Shown here: in pieces, positions 27,967 to 43,670 of the stretch
How the letters are laid out: each line of letters opens with the position of its first letter
Position numbering within the stretch: position 1 is the stretch's first letter
NCBI RefSeq assembly: GCF_006345805.1
Contig: NC_043008.1
Span: 18,600,001-18,664,000, forward strand
Direction: 5' to 3'
Origin: Octopus sinensis
Taxonomy: Eukaryota
Length of the DNA stretch: 64,000 nucleotides
Program-made: the position numbers and the translations under genes
The notes under the pieces: generated by a model
What the model saw: the letters and a program-made list of their open reading frames with translations, nothing else
Told to the model about the DNA's origin: nothing
Databases searched by the model: none

Positions 27967-28079
27967 ATACGTATATATATATATATATAATGGATATATA
28001 CAAGTGTATATATCTATCTATAAAAATATATATGTATATACAAATATTCATTTATAAGTAGGCAAAACTATGATTAATG

Positions 28080-28157
<78 letters not shown>

Positions 28158-28189
28158 GTTTATATGTATGTGTGTACATGTGTATATAT

Positions 28190-28232
<43 letters not shown>

Positions 28233-28330
28233 TATATATATACATATATAATCTATACATGCATCTGTGTATTTGTAGACACACACATACACACATACAC
28301 ACATATATATATATATATATGTATATACAA
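27750..28330. repeat. (TA)n compound microsatellite containing an inverted triplication
   Basis: Directly visible; see findings. Confidence 0.9.
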
Positions 28331-29012
28331 ATATTCATTTATATGTAGGCATGCATGTATATACATATATACATGATTGTGTATGTGTGTGTCTGTGTGT
28401 GCGTGTGTGAATGTATTCACACATATTGCTCTTCCAGTTTTTCTCTCCGTCATTGCATTTATTTGTTTGTTTATATCATGACTCTCTCCTTCTCTCCCCC
28501 TCTCTCTCTGTCCCTTTGTCTCTCGACCCTCTCCATAACTCCAATTGCTGGTACTCCCTTACTTCTCATATAACTCCTCATATCCCCCCACGTTCTCTGG
28601 ATCTACTTTCACTTTAAACTCCCTCTACGTTATCTGCCTCTCTTCGTTTACGTTCATCCATAATCCTGTCTCTCCCTAATTCGCTCCCTTTTCATCAACT
28701 CCCGTAGTGTGTTATATTTCATTATCACGCATCCTTACAATATACATTTTAACACATCCATATTCTCATCATTCCGAGCACGTTCGCTACCTATCCCCTT
28801 GCTGGATCCTTTACCATATACTCACTCTCTCTTTTTCTCTCTACCTCACACGCATTCTCTTTCTCCCACCTATCTCTCTCTCTTTCATTCAACATGCATA
28901 TACATATACAAAGTTTCATATAGACATGTGTGCATGTATATGTATATATATATACACAAACACACATATATACATATACACACATACCTATATACATATT
29001 TATTTATGCATA

Positions 29013-29069
<57 letters not shown>

Positions 29070-29325
29070 ATATATACATATACATATATATGTGCATACA
29101 TATATATATATATTATATATATATATTATATATATATATATACATCGATATATATATATATACACAAACACACATATATACATATACACACATACCTATA
29201 TACATATTTATTTATGCATACTTATATATATATATACATCGATATATATATATATGCGTGTGTGTGCATGTAAAGTGCATAGTTATACATATATACATAC
29301 ATATAAATATATGTATAATGTATAA

Positions 29326-29384
<59 letters not shown>

Positions 29385-30076
29385 CATACATATTTGCATA
29401 GCATACGCAAATATACAAAAGTATATCTACAATATGAATGTGTATACACGTATGCGCGAATGAATTATGTGGGTATATATACATATTTATATAGAACCGC
29501 GCACATTGTATAATCACATATGCATGTATACAGAGACACGCGCACACACGTCCATATGTAGATCTACCCATACACACATACATACCACACTTGTGTATAG
29601 AATGTATCTCATTATATTCTCATTTACTATTCTATACAGCATCAATGTTTCCACCCTCCTCTTTTTGCATATATAACGTATGTATATTTTTCCTATAGTC
29701 TTCTTTGGTTCTCTCTAACTTCATCGTTTTTCTCTCCTTTCCTCTCTCTTTCTCTCCCTCTCCCTCTCCCTCTCTCCCTCTGTTTCTGTTTCTGTCTCTC
29801 TCTCTCATGCACACAGACACATACACAAATGTGTATTAGTGCTCATTCGGACATATACGCACGCATACTTCATTTTCTGCATTGTTACTTCTCCCCACCC
29901 CACGCGTTCCATCACCCCTTCAACCTCAGAACATTCCATAACCTGTGTCCTATCACTCCCTTAGTCTTTTCATATTTGACTCACCCACGATCCATTCAAC
30001 TCCTACGGGTCACCAGCTACGTTATGCCTGTATGCATCAATGCATGTAAATATGTATGTATATATTTATATTTATA

Positions 30077-30122
<46 letters not shown>

Positions 30123-30153
30123 TGTGTGTGTGTATGTATATATTTATATATAC

Positions 30154-30611
30154 AGACGTAGAAGTGGGTGCGTGGTAAGCAGCTTGCTTCCCAACGACAT
30201 GGTTCCGGGTTCAGTCCCGCTGCTTGGCACCTTGGGCAAGTGTCTTCTACTATAGCCGAGGGCCGACCAAAGTCTTGTGAGTGGATTTGATAGACGGAAA
30301 CTGAAAAGAAGCCAGTCGTATATATGTATATATATATATGCGTATTATTAATATATATATATGCGTATTATTAATATATATATTTGTAAATATATATATA
30401 TATATATATATATGTATTTGTGTGTCTGTTTTTCCACACTGTCACTTAACCGATGTTGGTATGTTTACATACTTAATGGTTCAGCAAAAAACACCGATAA
30501 AATAAGTACTAGGCATGCAAAGAATATGTCCTGGGGTCGATTTGTTCCACGAAAGGTGGTACTCCAGTATGGCTGCAGTGAAATGACTGAAATAGGTAAG
30601 AGTAAAAGAAT
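30154..30611 (+). mobile_element. SINE family B, full length
   Basis: Head, CCTTGGGCAAGTGTCTTCTACTATAGCC core, internal (TA)n and 3' end all present. Confidence 0.9.
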
Positions 30612-30799
30612 ATATGTATGTAAATACACTTAAGATATATATATATTCATGTGTTCACATGTTTATATATCTTTCTCCTCTTCTTGAACTTCACTCCTAT
30701 CTATCTATCCGTCTATCTATCTATCTATATCTCTATATCTCTGTCTCTCTAATTCTCTCTACACACACACGAACACACACACACATATATATATATAGG

Positions 30800-30864
<65 letters not shown>

Positions 30865-30890
30865 ATATGCGTCTAATATTATTATTATTA

Positions 30891-30939
<49 letters not shown>

Positions 30940-31475
30940 TAATATAATCAAGTCCAACATCAGTATGTCTATGGACATGTCTGTTGTATAATCTGCCTAT
31001 CAATTCCACCGCATATACGTTTGTATGGGCATTAGTCTAAAAGTCTATCTATTCGCATCCTGTTCATTCGTCTATTTGTCTGCGCAACTGTCTATCACTA
31101 TCTTTCCATCTATCTAAATACTGACTGATACAGAATTCCTAGATTCTTTCTACACTTCCATTCTTTCCTGCTGCAAACTCTTTCATATTACCTCCATCGC
31201 TTTAACTGTAACTTCTTTCTATCCTACGATTTCTTGTATTTTTTCTTTCTCTGTATCCCTGTCCGTTATTTTGGAAACAAACATCCATTCAAACATTATA
31301 CAGACATACATTATTCAAATATACATACACACATATATACACAGAAGGGACCATAAATCAGGCAAAAAATAAGTTCAATACGTTCCGGAACTGTGAAAGA
31401 CATGCTTCTAATTTTCTATAATCGAATGAAATAAAGTAATAATGATTACACACGCATCTGTATATTCTGAATAAA

Positions 31476-31477
<2 letters not shown>

Positions 31478-31519
<42 letters not shown>

Positions 31520-31722
31520 TAATAATCATTTCTACTATTGGAACAGGGACTGAAATTTTGGAGGAGGGGCTAAGTTGATTACATCGGCCCTAGTATTCAA
31601 CAGGTACTTAATTTATCGACCCCCGAAAGGATGTAAGACTAAGTCAACCTCGGCGGATTTTGAACTCAGATCGTAAAGATCGACGAAACGCCGCTAAGAA
31701 TTTTGTCAGGTGTGCTAACGAT
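31478..31722 (-). mobile_element. SINE family A, diverged, with (ATT)n tail
   Basis: Reverse complement of the family A body; the (TAA)n run at 31478-31525 is its tail. Confidence 0.8.
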
Positions 31723-31779
31723 AATGTAATAGAAACAAAATGCCAAATGTTTTGGTAGGTAACTTTTGGCTCACCCTTT

Positions 31780-31782
<3 letters not shown>

Positions 31783-31821
<39 letters not shown>

Positions 31822-31839
31822 GCACACACACACACAAAC

Positions 31840-31907
<68 letters not shown>

Positions 31908-31916
31908 GTAGAAAGG

Positions 31917-31985
<69 letters not shown>
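31783..31985. repeat. (GA)n + (CA)n + (TAGA)n microsatellites
   Basis: Directly visible; explains the SIYL-repeat ORFs. Confidence 0.95.
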
Positions 31986-32701
31986 TCCAATGTATCTATG
32001 GCGGTTTTCACATACGCACATACACATGCATCCATACACTCAATCAAGCCTACACATCCATGTATAGCTACAAACAAGGAAGCGTCCCTCATGTCAATCG
32101 ATACACTAGAAATGGTCCCTGAAACACCCTCAACAAAGCAAACAAGCGAAACGTCTCGATCAATTCAGGCTCTGATATGCGACAGAACGAACTGCGGTGG
32201 ACGGAATTGCAATGGTCGGAACGCCCCGAACCAGAAACCAGAAACCTGCTCTGTCAGGGCTTGGATGAGTACATACTTGGATGAATACATATGAATAGAG
32301 AAGTACATACTTCTCTATTCATGAGTATGATTGGTGAGTTGGGTGTGGGAACACTAATAATTGCTATTGTACCATTGGAATGAGAGACAATTATGATTAC
32401 TTACAAGTTATCGCCACAGATTTTCTGTAGAATTTAGAGTCTCATATAGGCCTCTAAGCAGGATTCGGCAGCAGAAAGCGCCTCTTTCTGGTTATGGAGC
32501 AAGGGAGAGGAGTTAAGCTGCAAGTCAGGACGGGGTGATGAGCAGCGGTGTGGCCACCTCTGTTGAGCTACCAATGGAATGTTTATTTCGAAACCCCCTA
32601 TGATCTTCAGTGACTGCCTGATGACATCAGTTCCTCTTTGCCAAACCTCCATTCACTTTGGTCAGTGGAAAAGAAGTACCTTCTACTAGGTGTTGTCAAC
32701 G

Positions 32702-32769
<68 letters not shown>

Positions 32770-32800
32770 TACATACATTCAGTCCCATGTACACACACAC

Positions 32801-32853
<53 letters not shown>

Positions 32854-35800
32854 CATACATACATTGAGTCACACGTACACACAAACACACACACACACAT
32901 ATTCTTACAAATAACAATTTTTCACATTTTGAAATATTAGTCATCTCATGCTTTAAAATTATTTTTCTAGCTTCAAGACAGATTTGAAAATACATATTTT
33001 AGCAATAATTTCTTCATCCATTTTATTCTATGCATTTAATCGCCTACCATTAACGTCTATATCATTGTATTTTTTACTTTATATCCTTCGAAAATTTTCG
33101 CATGTTTTGTAAGAATTTCATGTCTATTCACTTTCGCATTAATCCTCGTGTATGCAAATATTTTAGCTGTAGTCACATTTAATAAACATGACTAATCCAA
33201 ACTTCTTTTGCCCTCCCTGTTTCTCTTTCTCCTTCTTTCTCCATCTTGTTCTCTCCCTCTCTTTGGCTCTCTCTCTATCTAACGATCTGTCTATCTATTT
33301 CTCATATTATTTCCCCAGCAGAAAAAAAAATCGATTGTAAGCTGTTATACAGCTTGTATTCTGATCCACTGGATCTTGGAATTCTCTCAATAGAGAATTT
33401 CATGAAAAGGATACATGGAAGTGGTAGGGAGGGCAGGATCTATTTGGGTTGACCTAAATTGGAATGTTCTAGAGAGACCACAGTAGTTAGACTAGGTTTC
33501 GATATACGCCTCAAATTGAGGGCAAAACTTTCAATAGTCATATTGTACTTATTTAATTACAAACATCACAGAAGTGCTATATATCTACTGATTATTTTCA
33601 TCGACTAATTACCGAACTTAATGTCTCATGTTCAAAAGAATCGAGAATTAGAACTGGTTAAATTTACATTTGCAGAGACCCCTACACAACAGACATTATC
33701 ATGTGTTCGATTTCAGCCCATTAAAGTATTAAATATTTGGCATTTGATTCATCTCTACGTAGGAGCCGCACCATTTTCCGTGTTTTTCCCTAGGGACGAT
33801 GTGAATATATCCTCGCTAAGAGAGGAAAACCTCGATCTTGTATTCGTGTACAGATCATAAATCGATGAAATGTGTCCCAGAAATAAAGTGCTAAAATAAT
33901 TTATATATATTCCTTTATTCTTTTATTCGTATCAACCATTCGTCAACGATGATGCTGGAGCTCCCCCGTGAATTTGCACTTTTACTTATGTTTCTCCTTC
34001 GGCCGTATTTTTTTCCGAATGGTAGGGCTTGATATCTCCACTCCTGTACGTGCCTTTATCCTGGTTGTTGGCCCATTTGGTTTATGAGCTAAAAAAAATT
34101 CGCAAATCACTCTGTCTCGAAAGCCAAGGGCATTAGGAAATATCGTCCTTGATACACAGAAAACAGATCCGTAACATTTTGAATGCTTGCACTGAAAATT
34201 TGTGTTACACAACATCATCACACTCTACTACATCAAGTTGTAACACAGACGCAAATACATACGATAGCAAATTTCTTTAATTTTAGATCACGTCATCTTG
34301 AGCATGAATGAATGTACTTCGTTAAATATTTATGAATGTTTTATTTTTTAAAAAAGGAAAATAACTTCATAGAACATTCAATAGCGAGCGGCTGCTTCAA
34401 GGATCGCTCAAAGGTACTGTTTTTCAAGCGAAGGTGGATCCTGCGGAAAAGCGACTGCTGCGCACTAAATAGAAATTTCATGACGCTTAAATGTGTTGGG
34501 CTGTCGGTTAAAATTTTTTTGTTATTTTTCATTTTATTTTAATTATTTCCAACAAGGATATTTTTATGGGGTTTTTTAATGGCTCTTTGTAACTCTATTC
34601 TTTCGCTAACAATTTCTGTTGATCGTATTTGAAATTTAGATGAAAGTTTACTTTTTTCAGATGTATGACGTCCCAAGCAGAACAAAAAATTAAAATGTTT
34701 TAAAATTAAAATAAAAGCGAACGAGTTTATCTCACAACCTCATATTTTCTAAAATACTCACACAACTATAATAATATAAAAGAATTTAAAGAACTCTCCC
34801 CATAACTACACGGCATTTCTTGAATGGGAGAAATAACAGCGAAGAAGACAACAACGAATTACCGTTATTATCTCTCTTGTCAATGTAACATCTCTTGAAA
34901 CAAGTGAAAAAAAAGTACTTCATTGCACAAACTGAAATCCTTGTGCATTTGATTCACACACAAAGAGAAAACCAGCTTTAAAATACTATAATACAACATA
35001 AGTGACTTTAACCATATTTTTTATAGAGCTGAAAAGAAAAATAAATATTTAATTGTATTCCGACGAAGTTGGGGATGTTAGCCACCGGCAGAAGCTTCGT
35101 AACATACATGAAATCATGTTCCCGAAAGTGAGATATGGTAAAAGTCACAGACGAAGTAAAAGGAAATAACAGCATTTAATTATCATAATCGTTCAAAATT
35201 AAAGGGAAGTAAAATAAAACATTTGAATACACAAACGCACACACATACTTAGAGGTTCGGTGAAAGAGACTGATAGAATGTGTAATTGATATAAAGAATA
35301 TGTACTGGGATCGATTCGTTCGACTAAACTCTTCAAAATTGTGCTTCATCATGGAAGAAATTTTATGGCTGAAATAAATAAAAGGAAAAAGGAAGATCAC
35401 ATCACGCAAACATAACTCGTTTAGAGATATTATATTTAATCAACAGAATCAATCAATAAGGAGGGTGTAGAAACAGGAAAGTGTTTAGGATCGATTGCGT
35501 GGAGGATTTAGATCGGAAAGGATCCATTTGAGACAACCCAATTTGATTGGGATCATTTAGAGAGAGATCACAAGGCTTTTATAGTTACGCTAGGTTTCGA
35601 TAAACATCTCCAATTAAAAGAAATATATTTCAATAGAAGCATATCACAGAAATTTTAATAGAAACGGCATAGACAACCTCTACCACATTTACTGATAATT
35701 TTCAGCAATTAGTAGCCAGTCCTGAAAAGCCATATTGATATCTAGGCACTTAAATCAGAAATGGATAAACGGGAATTACATCAGTGTAGATCTGGGATCC

Positions 35801-35905
35801 ATTTTCTCCATAACAAATCACATAAACTACAAAGAAACAGAAAATAGTGCACAAAGCATTATCCTATAATATATTATACATTGATAGAAAATTTTAACCA
35901 GTCAC

Positions 35906-36135
35906 GGCGGAGAGCTGGCAGAAAGGTTAGCACGCCGGGCGAAATGTGTAGCCGTATTTCGTCAGCCGTTACGCTCTGAGTTCAAATTCTGCCGAGGTCG
36001 ACTTTGCCTTTCATCCTTTCGGGGTCAATAAATTAAGTACCAGTTACGCACTGGGGTCGATAAAATCGACTTAATCTGTTTGTCTGTCCTTGCTTGTCCC
36101 CTCTGCGTTTAGCCCCTTGTGGGCAATAAGGAAAT
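35906..36135 (+). mobile_element. SINE family A, full length
   Basis: Near-consensus match to 21049-21280. Confidence 0.92.
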
Positions 36136-36680
36136 ATAAAAGAAAATTTTAACTAGTCACACTATGAAACAAAAAGAGAAATAAAGGAAATGAAATATCT
36201 CCCAGACAAACAAGTAGGGGTACAATTTATCAACGTAATAAATTAAAGTTTCTACAATTACATTAAAAGTTACCTTCAGTTACCCACTCACATTTACTCA
36301 GCCCATTAAGTTACAAATACAGCATCCTTAATACAATATCTCTTGCATTTATGCCAGTAAAAGAGGAGAAAGACACAAACAAAGCAGAAATCGTTGCTTC
36401 ATTAATAGCCTCATTATCAATCACTAATCACTGCTGAGATGTACACCAATGATGTTAAATGCAGCATAGAAATTGCTGCGCTCACTCCAACTCTAATATT
36501 GCGATGGCCAGAAACAGTAGTTGTAGGTTTTATAGCTAAGAATAGTCATGATGTATTATGGACAACAGCTCGGTGAGTTGGGCATGATGATGCGACTCAC
36601 CGACTTCATGTCATAAGTCTGTTCGACTATGTGCTATACAACATCAATACTACACGGCACTGCACCAACCATAACCGTGT

Positions 36681-36868
36681 GGGCGCAATGGCCCAGTGGT
36701 TAGGGCAGCGGACTCGCGGTCATATGAATGCGGTTTCAATACCCTGACCGGGCATTGTGAGTGTTTATTGAGCAAAAACACCTAAGCTCCACGAGTCTCC
36801 GGCGGTGGGGGAATGGTGAACCCCGCTGTACTCTTTCGCCACAACTTACTCTCACTCTTCCTACTTCT
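36681..36868 (+). mobile_element. SINE family C 5' part
   Basis: GGGCGCAATGGCCCAGTGGTTAGGGCAGCGGACTCGCGGTC tRNA-like head; body matches 20076. Confidence 0.85.
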
Positions 36869-39800
36869 GCCACAAAGCAGAAGAACCATAGTGTAACCCA
36901 CTATAGTGTGGTAAAATTTTGGACCCTAGTCTAGATTGCGAATCCTCTGTACCCCAGGATGGTTCAGCTCTCCACTTGTTAAAAGCCACCGTTTACAGAA
37001 TGAAGATAACAACGTAGCTTTCGCGCCCGTGCAACCGCCAGTTGATCGCGTGTGGTCGATGGATCTTCAAGTTGCCATACGCATTCTTAGTACCTTAGAG
37101 TAGGCTCGAATTAGAGCTTATTCTTTGTGGCTAATGGCATGAGTCCTGATTAGAAGAAGACCAGAACCGTCCACGTAATTAGCAAACAAGCAAATCATAC
37201 AACACAACACCACAGATAAATTACCGAACAGGAGCAAACGAAGGAACGATGACGGTTGTTCGACATACTGCAAATAACAGCCAAAATTTTCCTCACATCT
37301 CGCCAGGATGCATTAGACAAAATAGTCCTCAACACGCTGCGTATAATGAAAAACAGACATGCGATGAACCCTTGGTTATAAACCTGTCAATGACAGCAAA
37401 ATTTGAACTAAGCAGGGACACGAACAAGGCTACCACACGAAACCATCGACTGACTGTTTGGGTAGGTGCTGTTGGTCTGCTACCGAGGACAAAATAAAGG
37501 AACTACTGACTCTTGTAGAGAATACAAACTCATTCAGACGGCTTCATTCGTCTGGTTCTTCGTAGTTAGATAACATCTAAATATATTTCATCAGCGTGTG
37601 TAAAGTGAATAACATAAAGAGATGACATTTCTTCTTTGTTGACGGTATTCAAGGTGAAATCGAACCATAGATACTGCTTAAATCGGAGAATCAGACTTGC
37701 TTTTGTGGCTTCTTTCTCAACATAATCTTCAATGTGGTTTCCTAACAAGATTTACAGAACTTCATAAATTCCAAGTGAAGCGATCATTGATATCGTTTTA
37801 TGTTGTATTTTACTCAATTTTGTTACAGTACAGTTCTAAAATCTAGAAAATTATGAAATCCTTAAAGCTAAGTTTTACTAATACGTAACGGGATCGACAA
37901 TGCTGAATTCTCGTTCAGTTATCCATTTCACACGTGATTTCAAGGGAAGCTCAAGCCATCGTCTCACTTGTTCTAATGAGAAGGGTACTAAGTGAAAATG
38001 TTTCGAATATTTGAAGGGATTACAGAATTGTGATATTAAAAGGTAATTTATTTTATAGGCTACAAGCGGCGTAGCTAAGGTAACTTTACGTTTGTCAAGT
38101 ATTGAGCACAATTTGCAACCTTCAATAGTCAAGATTTAAAGCTTAACATATGACACGCTTCACTGTACGGAACATATAATACTTGGTCGATATCGACTTG
38201 AAGTGGTATAGTGTTGCACATATTTATTTCTAAACTATTTCAGTGTTAAATGCTAAATGAACCCAATTTAAGCCAACATATACAAGAATGGCGTTTAATA
38301 GATTGCAATATCCCGGTGAGCTGAATTAACAACCCGATTTTATTTCTTCTTGAAATGATTTCGCTTAACTCGGCGCAATCAAATCCTTTGAGTAAAGCAG
38401 TAAAGTGGTGCAATTTTCCCCCAATATATCTGAGGTGATGTGTCTATTATATCAAAGAAGATCCCGCCGGGCTAGCCTTTTCCTTACATCACTGAAAGAG
38501 CGATGAAATTAAATAAGTACCGCTATGCATTTATTCACCGTATGCTATGCCATTTAATCATCGATAACCTGCTCCTAATAATAATATTGGACTCGTGCCA
38601 AATCAAAACAAATCAATATATACCAGCGCTGTATATAAAATATGATATAATTGAATTAAGGTAATGGTTCTTAATAACCAAAGCAGTATTGTGAGGGGAG
38701 AATAAGTACTTACCAGAACGAAGGGGGATTTCGTAATCGACATAGTTCCTAGCAGAATGGCTTTTAGCAATGTTTAGAATAAAAGTGGGAATTAAACGAT
38801 GGAACTGAGATTATTTCTGCGCAAGGGATCGCAGCATTAATATTATAAATTCCGTTTGCGTTTTTATTACGATTATTGATGTTGTTTGTTCTTTTCGTTT
38901 TAATCCAGCAGACGGGGGGAATGTACAGATAAGATTTTAGATAACCTAATACCGACAACTCACAGAAACAGTTAGACATTGAAATAACGTGTTCAGTAGA
39001 TTTTTCAGCAACCTTACATAACATTTGTTTAATCTATTACCAAATTGTTAAGCAATTGTTTAATCTATTACCAAATCGCTTGTTCCTCCTTCCAAGTTTT
39101 ACATAACTGTATTTAACGTTAAATCATAACCTCTGGTATAAATCCTTCATTAGTTTTTACAAGGGCTTACTTATATTGATTTCTCTTGAAAAGACAAGAG
39201 GTTCTTGATGGGAACAGAAAATGTGACGTTGAGAGAATCGGCAACAATGAATTAATGGCGCATATTTGACGAACAGATCTCCATATGTATATATTCTCAG
39301 AATGCACAGAGCGGCATTAAGTATTGCATGTCATTTAATTAGGCGACCTACGATTGCCTTAGAGTATTTTCTCGTATCTTCGTCTTGCGGAATGAACACT
39401 GTATATGAAGAATAAGATCTCGACTAAATCAATTCCCGATACGGCTTCCGTGATTGACTGAGTACACTTCCTTTCAAATACGTACTTCATGGTGTTAAAA
39501 ATGCATCATACTCACAGAATTTGCGTTTCGACCCTCCCCACCTCCCCACTTTACTGGTAAAGGCACCGTCTGCGCTTTAGATTCTGAATCTATCCATATG
39601 TGTGTGTGTCTGTCTATCTGTTTGTCTATCTGTCTAAATCGGAAATAGTGGCACGACAAGGCACCAAAGTTTGCTGGAAATAGCAGTGTATAACCGTCCA
39701 ATGCTATGTAAAGCTTCACTGAATGTATAGAGGTAAATATGTGTGCGGGTGACGAACATAGAAAATTTTCGTCTTACCTCTGGGAAAGAACGCCGGAGAA

Positions 39801-40946
39801 ATGAGCAACCTAGAATAGATAACTTAGTACTCGAGTTACGCACATTCCAGAATACGATTCTATCGTAAATCTAGTTAGTCTTCTTCGGGTAGGTTCACTT
39901 AACACGAAATTTAAAATATACGTTACATCAACGCCTGTGTATTTGGTGATACGCCTAGCCATAAACAGTTCGGAGATCAATGAAAAGGTTTTCATATAAA
40001 AAATATAAATATCTTGCAATACAATAGTATTATATACCAGCGCCATTAAGTTTCATATACAGAGAATTAATCAAGCCCAATCTTCAGACGCAAACAATGA
40101 GTAGCGATTAAAGACATATATTGTGCCATTTAAATTATAATATTCATCTCTCACCAGATGGAGGACTATTTATGTTGATTTTTTCTATTACCGACAGTAC
40201 GTAATATATATATATATAGATATATATATATATATATATATATTATTATATAATATATGAATTAAGAATGTAGTTAAACGCAGGTATTATTCAAATCTTT
40301 ACATTCCCGACATATGTTTCGAAGAAAATATTGATATTATTCCGGAGGGAATAAAATGATGTAAAACAATGCAATCATCTCGTCATGGAAAAAAAAACAA
40401 ACAAAACACATCAACGAACCATTTTAACCGCGTATATGATGAAGTGGAACGCTAGCAAGTAATTTTTTTAAAAGCCGTTAATAGATTTAACGTGAAAGGC
40501 AATTTAGAGAAAGAGGAGAAAGAAAGCAATGACCAGAAAATTAAGAGTGGAGAAATGTAATGTGAAAGATCAATAGGAATAAAGCTTAAAAGCGTGGAAA
40601 TATTCAGCTATTCTTTATTTTAGGAGTTTCTGAATTTCTGATGTCAAAAACACAGCCCCTTTGGACGACATATATCTTTATCGTCAGTACGAAACATTGC
40701 TTCAAGAAAATACTGATGTCAGGTTGTACGTGTATCGTCATCTAAAATGGAGAAACGCATTAATTGGTTTATCAGCTTTAGGATATTAGAATGTTGTCTT
40801 ATTTAATTAACAAAATACAAAAATACATACATATATACAGTATAAAATTCAATACATTTAAGATAAGAATTCAAATATCTATTTTTAAAATATTAATATA
40901 AATTGTTAGAATCCTTAAAATCACTTACAGCTGTTTCAGCCTACAT

Positions 40947-41154
<208 letters not shown>

Positions 41155-41157
<3 letters not shown>

Positions 41158-41325
41158 TTAGGGCAATTCACAAAAAACAAAAGACGAAGAGAGTGTAGAC
41201 AACAAAGAGATATATTAGTTTTTAGCGCTCGGGAAGTTGAAAATTTTTAACATTTCGAGCGTACGCTCTTCCAAAGAAAGGAACGAAGAAAGAAACAAAG
41301 AGAGAAAATAAAGACTGTGTAGCGA
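41155..41325 (-). mobile_element. Family D repeat with a degenerate HHR-like motif (41247-41280)
   Basis: Minus strand CTTTCTTTGGAAGAGCGTACGCTCGAAATGTTAAAA; homologous to 4525-4700. Confidence 0.55.
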
Positions 41326-41330
41326 TCTGT

Positions 41331-41495
41331 AGGCGCACGAGTGGGAGTGTCGTAAGTAGCTTGCTTACCATCCACATAGTTCCGGTTCAGTCCCACTGCG
41401 GGGTAGCTTGTTGGGCAAGTCTCTTCTACTATAGCCTCGGGCCACCCAAAGACTTCAGAGCGGTTTTGGTAAGCGGAAACTGAAAGAAGCCTGTC

Positions 41496-41529
<34 letters not shown>

Positions 41530-41693
41530 TGTGCGTCTGTGTTCTCCCCCTCCACCACCATCGCTTGACAAACGATGTTGGCGTGTTTACATACCTGTAA
41601 CATAGCGGTTCTGCAAAAGACTCAGATAGAATAAGTACTAGGCTTACAAAGTATAAGTCCGGAAGTCGATTTCTTCGACTAAAGGCGGTGCTC
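41331..41693 (+). mobile_element. SINE family B
   Basis: AGGCGCACGAGTGG...GTAAGTAGCTTGCTTACC head through AAGGCGGTGCTC. Confidence 0.9.
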
Positions 41694-42335
41694 ACATACA
41701 AGTATACAGAAATGGATGCATAACATTCAGCCACGCAAGTATCAACTTGAATGAGATTCTATACTCGAATCGCACGTGATATTTTAACGTTCTAAGCCTG
41801 CCTGTTGTCACGAGTGATGTTACGGCCTTTGGAATCATATTAGGACATCTAATGTCCAAAGCCTTTACAGATGATTTTATTACGGAACCCTCTTTGTCAA
41901 TGGTGCGGTTCCTTTCTCTTCAACAATTTCTCTATTCAATGAATTAATAAAAATCTGTGTAGAAATGGAAAGTTCCCGCGAACCGATCTCGCGACTAAGT
42001 TTTCATTTTTCCAACTGGAATCCACTCTATTTCACGTAAGTCGTTGCTATTCTTGTTGGTGTTGTTGTTGACGTGGACGTCGTGGTTTTTTTTCTTTAAT
42101 GAATAGCCCAGCTTATCTCCGTTCCTTGACCAAAACCATGACGAACAAACATGCCAAACGCGTCGTCACATCTTTTTCGTTTGATTTTCCGGACACTGTA
42201 TCTCGCTTCGCTTTTTCTAATGTGTTCTTTTATGCAGACGACAAGTTGTGTTTTATGTTAGATTTGGCTGCCATTTTGAAAAGATAGACCGACTACATAA
42301 GGACTCCGTATCCGTATCCTTAATATAATGCAAAG

Positions 42336-42453
42336 AGGTGAACCGGCAGAATCGCAACCGCGACGGGAAAAATGTAGCGGCATTTCGTTTGCTTTTATGT
42401 TCTGAGTTCAAATTCCGCTGAAGTCAACTTTGCCTTTCATTATTTCGGGGTTG
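42336..42453 (+). mobile_element. SINE family A 5' fragment
   Basis: TTCTGAGTTCAAATTCCGCTGAAGTCAACTTTGCCTTTCAT. Confidence 0.75.
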
Positions 42454-42592
42454 AAGTCTCTATTAATAAAATTTTAAGATTTTAACCCTGAGCATATATT
42501 AACACTTATAGTCAGTTAAATCTTATGGCTGCGTTCCTTTGTCCATTTAAATGTAACTTCTGACTGTATGATGCATTTGTACATACCTATAC

Positions 42593-42635
<43 letters not shown>

Positions 42636-42810
42636 TTAAAATTGAGGATAAAATCTTTGTAAGAAATTATCAGTAGTTAGCGTGAAAAGCCTCGTAAGAG
42701 AAAAAATCGTAAATTTTTTCCACTTTGAAAATATTTATTTATATTATATAGAGGTACTGGTATCTATGAATAATAGTACCCTCTATATAATATGATATAT
42801 ATATTATATA

Positions 42811-42856
<46 letters not shown>

Positions 42857-43259
42857 TGTATGTGTGTGTATGTATATGTATGTATGTATGTATGTATAAG
42901 TGTGCGTTCGTATGTGCATGTGTATGTAAGTGTACATACAGTACAAATAGCGTACAAACAGTAATATATTTAGGCCAATCGAATCAATAACAGCATTGCG
43001 TCTATTTTGGGATGCAACCGTATTTAATATACGATAAAATGAGGCTATGGTGAAAGACTTTATGTAAATGATTTACGATCAAAGTGCATTCACAGTCGAG
43101 AGGCCCCGAGTAAAGGTTCCATTATAGATCTTGCAAAGGTTCGCCATACGGTCGTTTCAATTAATTTGTCTCCCATGAGAAAATGATTCCATTCTGCTTT
43201 GATATCACTCGCTTAGCTTCCTATCCATTTCTGTATATATTATATATATATATACATAC

Positions 43260-43350
43260 ATATCCATACACACACACATATATATATTAGATTATATAAA
43301 TATATATATATATATTATATATCTATATTATATATATAATATATATATAG

Positions 43351-43394
<44 letters not shown>

Positions 43395-43594
43395 TATATA
43401 TACATATATATATAATAATATATAAATATATATATTATATATACATATATATATAAATATAATATATGTATATATATAATATATAAATATATATATTATA
43501 TATATATACATATATATATAATATATATATTATATATAAAACATATATATATATATATATATATATTAAATATATATATTATATATATATATAT

Positions 43595-43661
<67 letters not shown>

Positions 43662-43670
43662 ATATGTATA
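43260..43670. repeat. (TA)n compound microsatellite
   Basis: Directly visible. Confidence 0.95.

Noticed and set aside
32130-32175. GAAACGTC hammerhead half-site
   Set aside because: No upstream CUGANGA with a pairing stem II.
32434-32652. 72-aa ORF as a LINE or host protein fragment
   Set aside because: No recognisable motif and no clear splice support.
36681-36760. tRNA genes at SINE heads
   Set aside because: A/B boxes are present but there is no complete cloverleaf or acceptor stem, and the sequence continues into SINE bodies.
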